A DNA stretch of 32,000 nucleotides from Pyrobaculum calidifontis JCM 11548 (GTDB lineage: Archaea > Thermoproteota > Thermoprotei > Thermoproteales > Thermoproteaceae), in NCBI RefSeq assembly GCF_000015805.1, contig NC_009073.1, positions 1,560,001-1,592,000 of the forward strand, given 5' to 3'. Below, piece after piece: positions 1-7,931 of this stretch. Both the position numbers and the translations under genes were made by a program. The notes under the pieces are model-generated. The model made no database searches and was not told where the DNA came from. It was given only the letters and a program-made list of their open reading frames with translations. How positions within the stretch are numbered: position 1 is the first letter of the stretch; the number at the start of each line of letters is the position of its first letter.

Positions 1-40
1 CAGCCAAGGCCGCTGAAGACTATGAGCTTGAACGCGGACG

Positions 41-796
41 TCATCCCTTCAACACCACGTCGACGCCCTTAGCCTTTAGAAATTCCACGACCTCGCTCCT
101 CGTCGGGTTTTTCACGTTTTTTCGAAACAGTATGGCCCTCCTAATGGGCACAGTGTGTTTCTCATAGGCGCGCCTCACCACGTCCAGCGTTATCTCGACG
201 TACTTTGGCACAATATGGCCAACGTCAATGTCGCCTTTGAGCACCAAGTCGCCCACAGTCGTATAATGCAAGTCGCCTATAACCATCGTAGGCGTAGCCT
301 CGACGCCGCCCTTTACCGCTTCCTCGAGAGCGGCTTGGAGGAGGCCCACGGCCCTCCGGCTGTTCCACTCCGCCTCTGTGCTCCCCACCTCAAGAAAAGT
401 GGCTGAGACGGCCGAGGTATTTGGCGGGTGGTGCGTGGCCTCTATCGCACAGTCGAACGGCTCCTCGGCGACTTTACACAAGGCCCTATACAGCGACGAG
501 ACGAGGCGGGGGTTAGAGACAGAGACGTCGGGCCACGCGCCCGGCGTGTGGACTGTCAGAAAGGGCTTGGGGTTGGCCATCTCATGACGCGATATGAAGA
601 TGGCCCATTTCCCAAGCGATGCCAAGACCTCCTCTGCTCCAAACTCTACGGGGTCTCCTCTGTGTATTACGACTGGCATATCTCTGTACTTCCTCACCTC
701 TACATTTCCCACGGTCTTTAGAAGGGGCATGGGGCCTGTCACATCTAAAAAAGTTCGAGAGACTGGGTCCCCCATAGACAGTACTAAGACGTACAC
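41..796 (-). CDS. dtdA: D-aminoacyl-tRNA deacylase, archaeal DtdA type
   Basis: ORF 41..937. The body carries strings I associate with the archaeal tRNA_deacylase family (EATHHPPN; IGDLHY; DVGHIVPKY). I trimmed the start to the in-frame GTG at 796. The 47 upstream codons overlap the 3' end of the acyl-CoA synthetase gene, and an AT box (814-829) lies about 25 nt upstream of 796. ATG at 775 is an alternative start. Confidence 0.75.
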   Translation of the reverse strand: MYVLVLSMGDPVSRTFLDVTGPMPLLKTVGNVEVRKYRDMPVVIHRGDPVEFGAEEVLASLGKWAIFISRHEMANPKPFLTVHTPGAWPDVSVSNPRLVSSLYRALCKVAEEPFDCAIEATHHPPNTSAVSATFLEVGSTEAEWNSRRAVGLLQAALEEAVKGGVEATPTMVIGDLHYTTVGDLVLKGDIDVGHIVPKYVEITLDVVRRAYEKHTVPIRRAILFRKNVKNPTRSEVVEFLKAKGVDVVLKG

Positions 797-813
797 GCGG
801 GGGACTCGCTGGT

Positions 814-829
814 CGTAAAAAAGTTTTAC
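814..829 (-). promoter_or_regulatory. TATA-like AT box for dtdA (leaderless)
   Basis: cgtaaaaaagttttac is centred about 25 nt upstream of GTG 796. It overlaps the acyl-CoA synthetase stop codon. Confidence 0.4.
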
Positions 830-2469
830 TTCTTTAAAACGTCCTTGAACTGCTCCCTTAATACTTTCTTGTCTATCTTCCCGGTCCCGGTCAGCGGCAA
901 CTGTTGCACGAAGATGACCTTGTCTGGGAGCCACCACTTCGGTATCTTGCCCGCCTCTACGAACTTTTCGAGATGCTTAATTATGTCCTCCTCCTTAGCC
1001 GAGGCGCCGGGCTTTAAGATGACCACAGCCACAGGCCTCTCTCCCCACATCTCGTGCGGGACTCCTATGACGGCCGCCTGGGCTACCGCCGGGTGAGTTA
1101 GGATTAGGTCTTCCAGCTGTAGCGACGATATCCACTCGCCGCCGGACTTTATGACGTCCTTAGCCCTATCCACAATTCTAACGCGGCCATCTGGCTGCCA
1201 TATGGCCACGTCGCCTGTGTGGAACCAGCCGCCTCTCCACGCCTCTCTAGTCTTCTCGGGGTCTCCTAAGTACTCAGGCGTGACCCAGGGCGCCCTTACC
1301 ACAATTTCGCCCATTGTTTTGCCGTCGCGGGGCACTGGCCTTAAGTTCTCATCGGCTACCATTAAGTCGACCAGCGGAATAGGCAACCCCGTGGCCGTCA
1401 GCAGGTGGTAGTACTCTTCTACGTCTTTTGGAATCTTCTCCGTGGGCTTGAAGAAGCCCAGCGTCAGTATCGGCGCAGTTTCAGTCATTCCGTATCCGAC
1501 CCTGGGGATAAAGCCGGCCTCTTCGGCCTTCTTAGCCAGTTCCTTAGGCAGAGCCGCCCCGCCCACGGTGAATATTGGCCTTATCTTCCTAACCTTCTCC
1601 ACGTACTTTGGAAAGTCTGGATGCGTCAAGATCATGTACAACATCGTAGGCACCCCGGCCAGGGATTTGACGTTCTCCTCGGCTATGAGCCTAGCCGTGT
1701 GTCCAGCGTCAAATCTTCCGGGGTACACCTGGCGCCATCCAAGCAATGCAAATGTCCACGGGGTGCCCCAGCCGTGCACGTGGAACATGGGCACTAGCTG
1801 TAGAAATGTGCAAATTTCCTCTACACACTCGGGCCGTGCAAAGCCTCTAAACCCCGCAAATGCGAGCGCAGAGACTAGCGTGTGTAATGTTAGCGCCCTG
1901 TGTGTAAAGTATGCGCCCTTGGGGCGGCCCGTGGTGCCGCTTGTGTAGCCAATTGTCGCGACTTTGTCCTCGCTTATCTCTGGCAAGGGCTTTGGCTCGC
2001 CTTGTTTTATTACGTCTTCTATCTCTACGTCCTTGGTGGCGGGGCCTTGCCCATCTGCTATTTGTATGTAGAGTTGGACCGTCTTGAGGTGTGGCTTTAG
2101 CTTTTCTACTAGCGGCGCAAAGTCGCGGTGGTATATTAACACTTTGTCTCCAGCGTGGTTGATTATGTAAACGAGGTCCTCGGGGGCCAGTCTTACGTTC
2201 AATGGGTGGAGCACGGCGCCCATGCCTGGCACTGCCCAGTATAGCTCAAAGTGCCATATGGTGTTCCAGTCGAGAGTTGCCACTCTATCCCCAGGCCCTA
2301 CGCCGAGTTTGTTAAGCCCGTCTGCCAGCTTTAGCACTCTCTCATATTCTCTCCCATAGGTGGATCGTATGTCGTTTCCATGAGGTGGGCGGTAGACGAC
2401 TTCTACATCGCTATAAATCTCCTTTACATATTTCAATATGTTATTTAGTGTCAATTGATAGGTCTCCAT
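826..2469 (-). CDS. AMP-dependent acyl-CoA synthetase / fatty-acid-CoA ligase
   Basis: 547-aa ORF with an ATG start. It has the AMP-binding signature [18 protein letters not shown], and a C-terminal GKIDKK-type lysine motif, all typical of the ANL superfamily. Confidence 0.9.
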   Translation of the reverse strand: METYQLTLNNILKYVKEIYSDVEVVYRPPHGNDIRSTYGREYERVLKLADGLNKLGVGPGDRVATLDWNTIWHFELYWAVPGMGAVLHPLNVRLAPEDLVYIINHAGDKVLIYHRDFAPLVEKLKPHLKTVQLYIQIADGQGPATKDVEIEDVIKQGEPKPLPEISEDKVATIGYTSGTTGRPKGAYFTHRALTLHTLVSALAFAGFRGFARPECVEEICTFLQLVPMFHVHGWGTPWTFALLGWRQVYPGRFDAGHTARLIAEENVKSLAGVPTMLYMILTHPDFPKYVEKVRKIRPIFTVGGAALPKELAKKAEEAGFIPRVGYGMTETAPILTLGFFKPTEKIPKDVEEYYHLLTATGLPIPLVDLMVADENLRPVPRDGKTMGEIVVRAPWVTPEYLGDPEKTREAWRGGWFHTGDVAIWQPDGRVRIVDRAKDVIKSGGEWISSLQLEDLILTHPAVAQAAVIGVPHEMWGERPVAVVILKPGASAKEEDIIKHLEKFVEAGKIPKWWLPDKVIFVQQLPLTGTGKIDKKVLREQFKDVLKK

Positions 2470-2486
2470 AGGTGTATATTCGAGAG

Positions 2487-2500
2487 CATTTTAATACATT
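2487..2500 (-). promoter_or_regulatory. TATA-like AT box for the acyl-CoA synthetase gene
   Basis: cattttaatacatt is centred about 24-26 nt upstream of ATG 2469. Confidence 0.45.
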
Positions 2501-2522
2501 TTTTCGTCTATAGTCGAAGGAG

Positions 2523-2536
2523 ATAATATTTATAGG
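2523..2536 (+). promoter_or_regulatory. TATA-like AT box for the M20 peptidase gene
   Basis: ataatatttatagg is centred about 24 nt upstream of ATG 2554. Confidence 0.5.
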
Positions 2537-2553
2537 GGAATTTCGGCGCACAC

Positions 2554-3741
2554 ATGGATGAGGCTATCTCTCTCCTAAGCAAGCTGATTTCCATACCTAC
2601 GGTTAATCCGCCGGGGGAGAAGTACCAGGAGTTCGTAGAATTCGCTGAGAGGTTCTTCAAATCCCTCGGCATGGAGACCGAGGTCTTAGAGGTGCCTAAG
2701 TCCGAGGTGGCGGCGCGGTGCCCCGAGTGCGCAGACTACCCCAGGCTCATCCTACTCGCCCGCATAGGTGAGCCAAAGATACACTTCAACGGCCACTACG
2801 ACGTAGTGCCCCCCGGCCCCTTGGAGAGCTGGAAGGTGACAAGGCCATTTGAGCCCGTCTATAGAGACGGCAGACTCTACGGAAGAGGCGCCGTGGACAT
2901 GAAGGGCGGCCTCGCGGCCATTATGCTCGCGGCCGAGCGGGCCGTAAAGGCGGGGTTAAAGAACTTTGAAGTCTCCTTTGTACCCGACGAGGAAATTGGC
3001 GGAGAGACGGGGGCCGGCTACCTCGCGAGATCTGGAAAGGTAAAGGCTCCGTGGGTGATAATCGCCGAGGGGTCGGGCGAGGACAACGTCTGGATTGGGC
3101 ATAGGGGGCTTGTGTGGTTCCTCGTTGAGGTCTACGGCAAACAAGCCCACGGATCTACTCCGTGGCTGGGCTTAAACGCCTTTGAAGGCGCCGCCTACAT
3201 CGCCTACAGGCTGAGGGAATATGCAAAGGAGGTCTCCGCCCGTGTGAGCAAGTACGAATACGACGATCCCAGGGCGGCGTCGCCCACTGTGACCATCGGC
3301 GGCGAGGTGCGGGGCTCTGTGAAGACCAACGTGGTGCCGGGGTACTTCGCCTTCTCAGTAGACAGGAGAGTGATCCCCGAGGAGGACTTGGAACAAGTGA
3401 AGCGCGAGTTCATCGAATTTGTAGAGAGAGTGGCAAAGGAGCTTCCACACCGAGTTGAGGTTAAGGTAACCAATGTGTCAGAGGCGGCGCTCATCGAACC
3501 CACTCACCCGCTGGTGGAGGCCCTCTCCAGCTCCGTGGAGGAGGTGATAGGGAGGAAGCCAAGGCGCACTGTGTGCGTCGGCGGCTTAGACGCCAGGTTC
3601 TTCATTAAGGCCGGCATACCCACTGTGACATATGGCCCAGGTCCAATAGGCCTAGCCCACGCCCCCGACGAATATGTAGAGGTGAGGCAGGTAGTCAACG
3701 TGGCCCAAGTGTACTTCAACCTTTTGAAAAAACTGAGGTAG
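2554..3741 (+). CDS. M20 family metallopeptidase (ArgE/DapE/LysK-like deacylase)
   Basis: 395-aa ORF. It has the HFNGHYDVVP and GRGAVDMKGG metal-binding motifs characteristic of acetylornithine deacetylase / succinyl-DAP desuccinylase family enzymes. Confidence 0.85.
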   Translation: MDEAISLLSKLISIPTVNPPGEKYQEFVEFAERFFKSLGMETEVLEVPKSEVAARCPECADYPRLILLARIGEPKIHFNGHYDVVPPGPLESWKVTRPFEPVYRDGRLYGRGAVDMKGGLAAIMLAAERAVKAGLKNFEVSFVPDEEIGGETGAGYLARSGKVKAPWVIIAEGSGEDNVWIGHRGLVWFLVEVYGKQAHGSTPWLGLNAFEGAAYIAYRLREYAKEVSARVSKYEYDDPRAASPTVTIGGEVRGSVKTNVVPGYFAFSVDRRVIPEEDLEQVKREFIEFVERVAKELPHRVEVKVTNVSEAALIEPTHPLVEALSSSVEEVIGRKPRRTVCVGGLDARFFIKAGIPTVTYGPGPIGLAHAPDEYVEVRQVVNVAQVYFNLLKKLR

Positions 3742-4566
3742 TCACCGCCTGCGCCGCTCGTAGTACTGCACCAGCTCTCGTTCTGACAGCTTGTAGTAGG
3801 CGGCTGGTTTTCCCACGGGCATTATGTACAGCGGAGTCTCCTCCTCAGAGAGGCCGAGGATCTCTGCCACATCTTCGTCGTAGAAGGCGCCTACGGCCAC
3901 AGTGCCCAGGCCCAGCGCCGTGGCTTGTAGATAGACGTTCTGCGCGGCATGGCCTAGGTCCATTGGGACGTAGCGTAGCCGGCCCCGCTCTCCGTACACC
4001 CGAGTAGTTCTGGCAAACACCGCGGTGAAGACTATTGAGACTGGGGCCTCGAGCACCCACCGTTGATCTAAGGCGGCTCGGTAGAGCTCTCTCCTAAAGT
4101 CTCCGCTCTTCCTCAGAGTTAAGCTGTGACGGTGCGGCTCGTAGTGGTACACGCCGGCGGCCAAGTAGCCGTCGCCAGCGGCCACCCCCCACTCGCCCAC
4201 TACCGCGTATACTTCCAGGGGGTATTGCGCCCCTGCCGACGGAGCTGTTCTTAGGCCGTACCTAGTTTCACTTATGCCGTACGCCGCCCACAAGAGCTGG
4301 CCAAGCTCCTCCAGCGTTATTGGCTCGTCTCGGTACTCTCTTACAGAGCGCCTATTGGCCAAGGCCTCCTCCACTGAGACCGTGCCCCTAAGCTTGGGGT
4401 ATGGCAGAAACACTTCGACGCCGCTTATCCTCTGCGGCTTCCTCATGTCTATATGCGAGATATCTAGGTATATAGCTGTGGCTGTTGCAAGAGAGGCGGC
4501 TATGCCGGCTATTAGTCTGCCCAGGGGCGTGGCCAATATTATTTTTAAGAAGGAGCGGCGCCACAT
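3742..4566 (-). CDS. SagB/ThcOx-type nitroreductase-fold flavoprotein with N-terminal twin-arginine (Tat) signal
   Basis: 274-aa ORF. The N-terminus MWRRSFLKIILATPLG...AASLATATA matches the Tat consensus (S/T)RRxFLK and is followed by a hydrophobic region. The body has RRSVREY, TAPSAGAQYPLEVY and GVYHYEP strings typical of the SagB-type dehydrogenase / nitroreductase family. Confidence 0.8.
   Translation of the reverse strand: MWRRSFLKIILATPLGRLIAGIAASLATATAIYLDISHIDMRKPQRISGVEVFLPYPKLRGTVSVEEALANRRSVREYRDEPITLEELGQLLWAAYGISETRYGLRTAPSAGAQYPLEVYAVVGEWGVAAGDGYLAAGVYHYEPHRHSLTLRKSGDFRRELYRAALDQRWVLEAPVSIVFTAVFARTTRVYGERGRLRYVPMDLGHAAQNVYLQATALGLGTVAVGAFYDEDVAEILGLSEEETPLYIMPVGKPAAYYKLSERELVQYYERRRR
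4462..4566 (-). other. Twin-arginine signal peptide region of the nitroreductase-fold protein
   Basis: The first ~35 codons have W-R-R-S-F-L-K at residues 2-8, then a hydrophobic stretch ending in A-rich ATATA. Confidence 0.6.
4535..4548 (+). promoter_or_regulatory. TATA-like AT box for the 3-TM membrane protein gene, embedded in the divergent gene's Tat-signal codons
   Basis: aatattatttttaa is centred about 27 nt upstream of GTG 4569. On the minus strand the same bases encode F-L-K-I-I-L. Confidence 0.45.
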
Positions 4567-4568
4567 GT

Positions 4569-4886
4569 GTGAATAGGGTGTCCATATCTTTTTTCATTCT
4601 AGGCGTTACGTCCATCGTGCTAATTCTGCTTGGCCTTTTAACCGCGGTGTCGGGGCTCTGCCTAGTTAAGCCGGACGTGGTGGAAAAGGCCACGGCGGGG
4701 CTACTGACATATGCCGCATGCACCCGCCTCCACCTCTATTGGTCAATTGCGGCCATTTTTGTGGCGGTTGTGCACGGCGTGGCGGGGCTAGACGTGTGGC
4801 TTTCGCGTCTTGGGTTAGATGGATGGTGGCTGTGGCCCATTGGCGCGGGCGCGGCGGCTTGGTTTATTTACATGTATCTGGCATAG
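4569..4886 (+). CDS. Small three-TM membrane protein with H-x13-H on the central helix (possible heme b ligand pair)
   Basis: ORF 4485..4886 has a TTG start that would overlap the divergent gene by 82 nt. I trimmed it to the in-frame GTG at 4569 (alternative 4578), which lies about 27 nt downstream of the AT box at 4535-4548. There are three hydrophobic segments. His codons at 4731-4733 and 4773-4775 are separated by 13 residues (RLHLYWSIAAIFVAVVHG). Confidence 0.55.
   Translation: MNRVSISFFILGVTSIVLILLGLLTAVSGLCLVKPDVVEKATAGLLTYAACTRLHLYWSIAAIFVAVVHGVAGLDVWLSRLGLDGWWLWPIGAGAAAWFIYMYLA
4584..4598 (-). promoter_or_regulatory. TATA-like AT box for the Tat-nitroreductase gene, embedded in the divergent membrane-protein gene
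   Basis: The minus strand reads aatgaaaaaagatat, centred about 24 nt upstream of ATG 4566. Confidence 0.4.
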
Positions 4887-4889
4887 TTC

Positions 4890-5567
4890 GTGGGGCTGGG
4901 CTCCTCTTGGCGCGTGGTGTATGAATCGTACAAGAAGATTGTGAAGTTCTACGAGCGGGCTAACCTACTCGTGACGTTTGGAAACGTCGATAGGTGGAGG
5001 CGTGAGGCGATTGGCCTCTTCTATCAGTTGGATGGGAAAAACCCCCTACGCGTCCTTGACGCAGGGGCTGGGCCTGGGAACATGGCCAGGCATATAAGGG
5101 GGGTGAAGTACGTCGTGGCGTTGGATGCCACAGCGGAGATGCTTCGCGCAAACGACGTGGCCGACGACAAAGTCGTCGGGCTTTTTGAATATATGCCGTT
5201 TAGGTCTAGATGCTTCGACGTAGTACTAGCTGGCTACTCTCTACACGCCGCTGTGGATTTTGAAAAGGCAGTAGCCGAATTCAGCAGAGTGGCCGAATAC
5301 CAAGTGGCCGTGTCTATAGGCAAGCCGGACAACATAATAGCGCGGGGGCTCCTGTACTTCTATACGAGGTACATACTCCCCAGACTGGCTTGCATAGTGG
5401 CGCCCAGGGGCGTCTGCGACGAATACGGAAAGATATTTGTTATAGTGAAGTCGCAAATGCCCAATTCCCTTGTTAAGAGGACTATTGAGAAGTATGCGAC
5501 AAGTCTTGTGTTTAAGACGAGAGGTCTTGGGGGCGTTTATATGTACGTAGCAAAGAGTAGGAGGTAG
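4890..5567 (+). CDS. Class I SAM-dependent methyltransferase, UbiE/MenG-like
   Basis: 225-aa ORF with a GTG start. It has the motif I sequence VLDAGAGPGNMA. The N-terminal YERANLLVTFG resembles the UbiE/COQ5 YDxMNDxMSxG signature. Confidence 0.75.
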   Translation: MGLGSSWRVVYESYKKIVKFYERANLLVTFGNVDRWRREAIGLFYQLDGKNPLRVLDAGAGPGNMARHIRGVKYVVALDATAEMLRANDVADDKVVGLFEYMPFRSRCFDVVLAGYSLHAAVDFEKAVAEFSRVAEYQVAVSIGKPDNIIARGLLYFYTRYILPRLACIVAPRGVCDEYGKIFVIVKSQMPNSLVKRTIEKYATSLVFKTRGLGGVYMYVAKSRR

Positions 5568-5580
5568 GCGTGGGCGAGAG

Positions 5581-6537
5581 TTATCGCCCCCAAATTGCGA
5601 TATAGTAAGGCGTGTATGCCAGATAGCGTTTTTGTAGAGAGAAGCCTGCGGCTTTTAGCGTGTTCTCTACGCCTTTCCAGCTGAAGACGTGTTTTGCGCC
5701 CATGGCCACGACCATGGCTAGTAGGCCGGGGGTGGACTCCACCACTTGTTGCCCCACGAGCAACTGCGTGTTCTTTCCCGCAACAGCGGCAACGCACTGC
5801 AACTCTCTGACTGGGTCTATTAGCCAGTAGAGCGTGTGCAACAGCAAGACGGCGTCTACGCCCCACGGAGCTATGTTCCTAATGCGATGCACTGCGTCGC
5901 ATATGGTAGAGGCATGTATGAGGCAGATGCCCTTTGTGCACTCGCCTGGCTTTACGCCTAGCGTAGCCGCGGCGAGTTCTAAGTTGTCCCTCCTGTAGTC
6001 AAACCCTATGTACAACTTTGGCTTGTGCATTTCTAACACGGCCATGGCGTCGTGCCCCTCTTTTACAATTGGCTCAAATATCACCTGGTGTCTCTCTATG
6101 CCGACTAGCTGGAGAAACGTCCTCCTCAAGATTTTGTACCACCCCTGGCTCAGCATCGTGGAGTATACGATGGAGATGGTGTTTTCGTCGGCTCTGTTTG
6201 TGGCCACGTTGACGGCGCCTATTCTGTCAAATGACTCGTGCAGTTCCACAAACTCAATGGCGTAGCTGTTTGTGGGATATTCCGGCTTTTCAGGCCGCTT
6301 CTTAATATGCCCGTCCTCTCTCACGTATCCCCTAATCTTGAGCGATATGTACAGCGCCCTTGCAAAAACGCTTTCACGTATAGAGGAGAGGCCAATATCG
6401 CTGAATACCTCGTCCCACCACTTAACTGCGTACCAAGTGCTCCAGCCCAGCGCCCTCTTTACCTGCCCCACCCCGCCAGCCGCCTCTATGAAGGGCTTGT
6501 AGTACCTGAGTACGTTAATCTCCTCGACAAACCTCAT
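5581..6537 (-). CDS. Hypothetical protein; C-terminal half resembles the O-methyltransferase (Methyltransf_2-like) Rossmann fold but has a degenerate SAM loop
   Basis: 318-aa ORF. Residues ~150-300 align by eye to the OMT pattern (KPKLYIGFDY = beta2 acidic residue; VDAVLLLHTLYWLIDP; LLVGQQVVES; LKAAGFSL). The GxGxG position reads VIFEPIVKEG (6055-6084). The start overlaps the upstream gene in ATGA. Confidence 0.6.
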   Translation of the reverse strand: MRFVEEINVLRYYKPFIEAAGGVGQVKRALGWSTWYAVKWWDEVFSDIGLSSIRESVFARALYISLKIRGYVREDGHIKKRPEKPEYPTNSYAIEFVELHESFDRIGAVNVATNRADENTISIVYSTMLSQGWYKILRRTFLQLVGIERHQVIFEPIVKEGHDAMAVLEMHKPKLYIGFDYRRDNLELAAATLGVKPGECTKGICLIHASTICDAVHRIRNIAPWGVDAVLLLHTLYWLIDPVRELQCVAAVAGKNTQLLVGQQVVESTPGLLAMVVAMGAKHVFSWKGVENTLKAAGFSLQKRYLAYTPYYIAIWGR

Positions 6538-6821
6538 GTGCAGACGACAATGCCAGATTCCCTCAACCTCCTCATTAAGGGTAGAAGGTCCTTTGGAACT
6601 CTTCCGCTTTGTATTACCTCAAGAACGGCGTTTTGCATAGACAGTGGCAACAGGGCGAACCTCTCCCAATCCCTAATTTCACAGTCTAGTACGCTGTTCT
6701 CTTCGACATCGCCAATATTAAACACGTGGCCGTTTGGGCATACAACTTCGCCGTGGGTAGTCGGTGGAACAAACTCTACTCCGCAGACTGGGCACTTGAC
6801 TTTTTCAAGGCGGAGGGCCAT
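6534..6821 (-). CDS. Small zinc-ribbon protein (CPVC...CPNGH) with helical C-terminal half
   Basis: 95-aa ORF with an ATG start. C10-P-V-C13 ... C28-P-N-G-H32 (6726-6794) forms a ribbon-like metal-binding pattern. The C-terminal LSMQNAVLEVIQSGRVPKDLLPLMRRLRESGIVV looks like a wHTH. It overlaps the downstream gene by 4 nt. Confidence 0.6.
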   Translation of the reverse strand: MALRLEKVKCPVCGVEFVPPTTHGEVVCPNGHVFNIGDVEENSVLDCEIRDWERFALLPLSMQNAVLEVIQSGRVPKDLLPLMRRLRESGIVVCT

Positions 6822-6840
6822 ATACTACACATACGGCAGC

Positions 6841-6850
6841 CTTTTTTATG
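6841..6850 (-). promoter_or_regulatory. TATA-like AT box for the Zn-ribbon / OMT-like gene pair
   Basis: The minus strand reads cataaaaaag, centred about 25 nt upstream of ATG 6821, in the 54-nt gap after gene 6876-7499. Confidence 0.4.
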
Positions 6851-6875
6851 ATTCTGGTGTAATTCTCTTTATGTA

Positions 6876-7499
6876 CTAAAAGGCTAATTTAAACACGTTG
6901 TAAAAGTAGTCTGGCTTATAGTATATTTTTGGGCTCTCGTCGCCTAGCGCCAATGTGGCATATCTACTGCCCAATCTCCTCGCCTCGCAAATCGCGCTCT
7001 CAATCGCCTTGTCTGAAAACTCTGGAGAGGCGAGCCATATGTAGTCTATGTTGAAGTTCCACTTGTTGAGGTATACTAGGTATTTGAAGTCCTCTTTGCT
7101 TGAGGCTAGAATCACGTGGTCCGGCGTGGGCTCCGGGTGCCCCTCCACGGCGCCCTCCAAGTATATGCCAGTGGCACAGGGCCTCGTGGTGGAGTATATG
7201 TACAGCGAGCCGCGCTGCTGATAGAGCTCTCTCTCCACCTCCGCGGGCGTGATCAATATCTTAGTCCCACGGAGTTGCGTCAAGAAGTCTAACTTCCTCA
7301 TTTTCTTAAGGATGGCGATGTAGGCCTCCTCCAGCCTAGGCTTCTCCGACGCCCACCTCACCTTTATTACACATCCCTCGACAAATCGATAGAGGTGGAA
7401 GAGCTCCACAAGCGGCTTAGACCAAAAGAGCCTCAGCCGGCCCAAGTGTCTGTACCAGTTGGTAAACTCGTCGGGGGTAAGGGGATCTAGGCACGTCAT
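6876..7499 (-). CDS. Hypothetical alpha/beta protein (207 aa)
   Basis: The ORF has protein-like composition. Its ATG shares one nucleotide with the upstream stop (TAATG at 7499). It contains PDHVILASSKEDFK (7083-7124). I recognise no family. Confidence 0.6.
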   Translation of the reverse strand: MTCLDPLTPDEFTNWYRHLGRLRLFWSKPLVELFHLYRFVEGCVIKVRWASEKPRLEEAYIAILKKMRKLDFLTQLRGTKILITPAEVERELYQQRGSLYIYSTTRPCATGIYLEGAVEGHPEPTPDHVILASSKEDFKYLVYLNKWNFNIDYIWLASPEFSDKAIESAICEARRLGSRYATLALGDESPKIYYKPDYFYNVFKLAF

Positions 7500-7861
7500 T
7501 AGGAAAACAGAGAGTTGCGGCGCGTTACCAATTTCTCGAGCTCGGAGAGCGTGGTGAGCATGGCGGCGTAGTCCTTGGCTGAGAGGAGGTTGAGTAGCGT
7601 GTTTAACTTGTCGAATATAGCGGCGTCTATGGCCTCGAGGTCTCTCTTCGACGTGGCCTTCCCCTCGGGGGACTTCACCTTTACGGCTATCATGTTTACG
7701 GCCTTCAATGCGCGGCCCAGCTCATCTACGTTGTCCGAGTTGAGCATCTGCTTCCTTATCTGGGTCTCAATCTCCTTCAGACCCTTATATATCAGCTGTC
7801 TAATCTTGGGCTCATCTTCTATGCTCTTGTAGCCCGGATAAACAAAGAACCGAGGCGCCAC
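7499..7861 (-). CDS. Hypothetical helical protein (120 aa)
   Basis: The ORF has a GTG start at 7861, about 25 nt downstream of the AT box at 7881-7890. The sequence is heptad-like and helix-rich. It is first in the minus-strand gene string. Confidence 0.55.
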   Translation of the reverse strand: MAPRFFVYPGYKSIEDEPKIRQLIYKGLKEIETQIRKQMLNSDNVDELGRALKAVNMIAVKVKSPEGKATSKRDLEAIDAAIFDKLNTLLNLLSAKDYAAMLTTLSELEKLVTRRNSLFS

Positions 7862-7880
7862 GCAGAACGGCCCCGACCCC

Positions 7881-7890
7881 GTATAAATAC
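7881..7890 (-). promoter_or_regulatory. TATA-like AT box for gene 7499-7861
   Basis: gtataaatac is centred about 25 nt upstream of GTG 7861. Confidence 0.5.
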
Positions 7891-7902
7891 TTTCTCTTCA
7901 GC

Positions 7903-7915
7903 GATTTAAAAAGAA
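7903..7915 (+). promoter_or_regulatory. TATA-like AT box for gene 7932-8579
   Basis: gatttaaaaagaa is centred about 24 nt upstream of GTG 7932. Confidence 0.5.
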
Positions 7916-7931
7916 CTGAGCAGAGGAAGAC

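Noticed and set aside
797-937. N-terminal extensions of several track ORFs: dtdA to 937, the radical SAM gene to 28385, the membrane protein to 4485, ligT to 10118, the RHH gene to 13312, uL6 to 28449 and ahbAB to 31516.
   Set aside because: The extensions overlap neighbouring genes or promoter AT boxes, and they use TTG/GTG starts. In each case an internal start lies about 22-27 nt downstream of an AT box, which fits leaderless initiation. These remain alternatives rather than being disproved.
3742-4566. The SagB-type protein as the marker of a TOMM/thiazole-oxazole RiPP cluster.
   Set aside because: No YcaO cyclodehydratase, no E1-like partner and no small Cys/Ser/Thr-rich precursor ORF is nearby. 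The protein carries a Tat signal, which argues for a stand-alone exported redox enzyme.
5581-7499. A restriction-modification interpretation of the orphan locus (PD...DxK string plus a methyltransferase fold).
   Set aside because: The methyltransferase-like protein has no DNA-MTase motif IV ((D/N/S)PP(Y/F/W)) and looks OMT-like with a degenerate SAM loop. The nuclease motif is a three-residue match only. I kept it only as a weak remark inside the locus finding.
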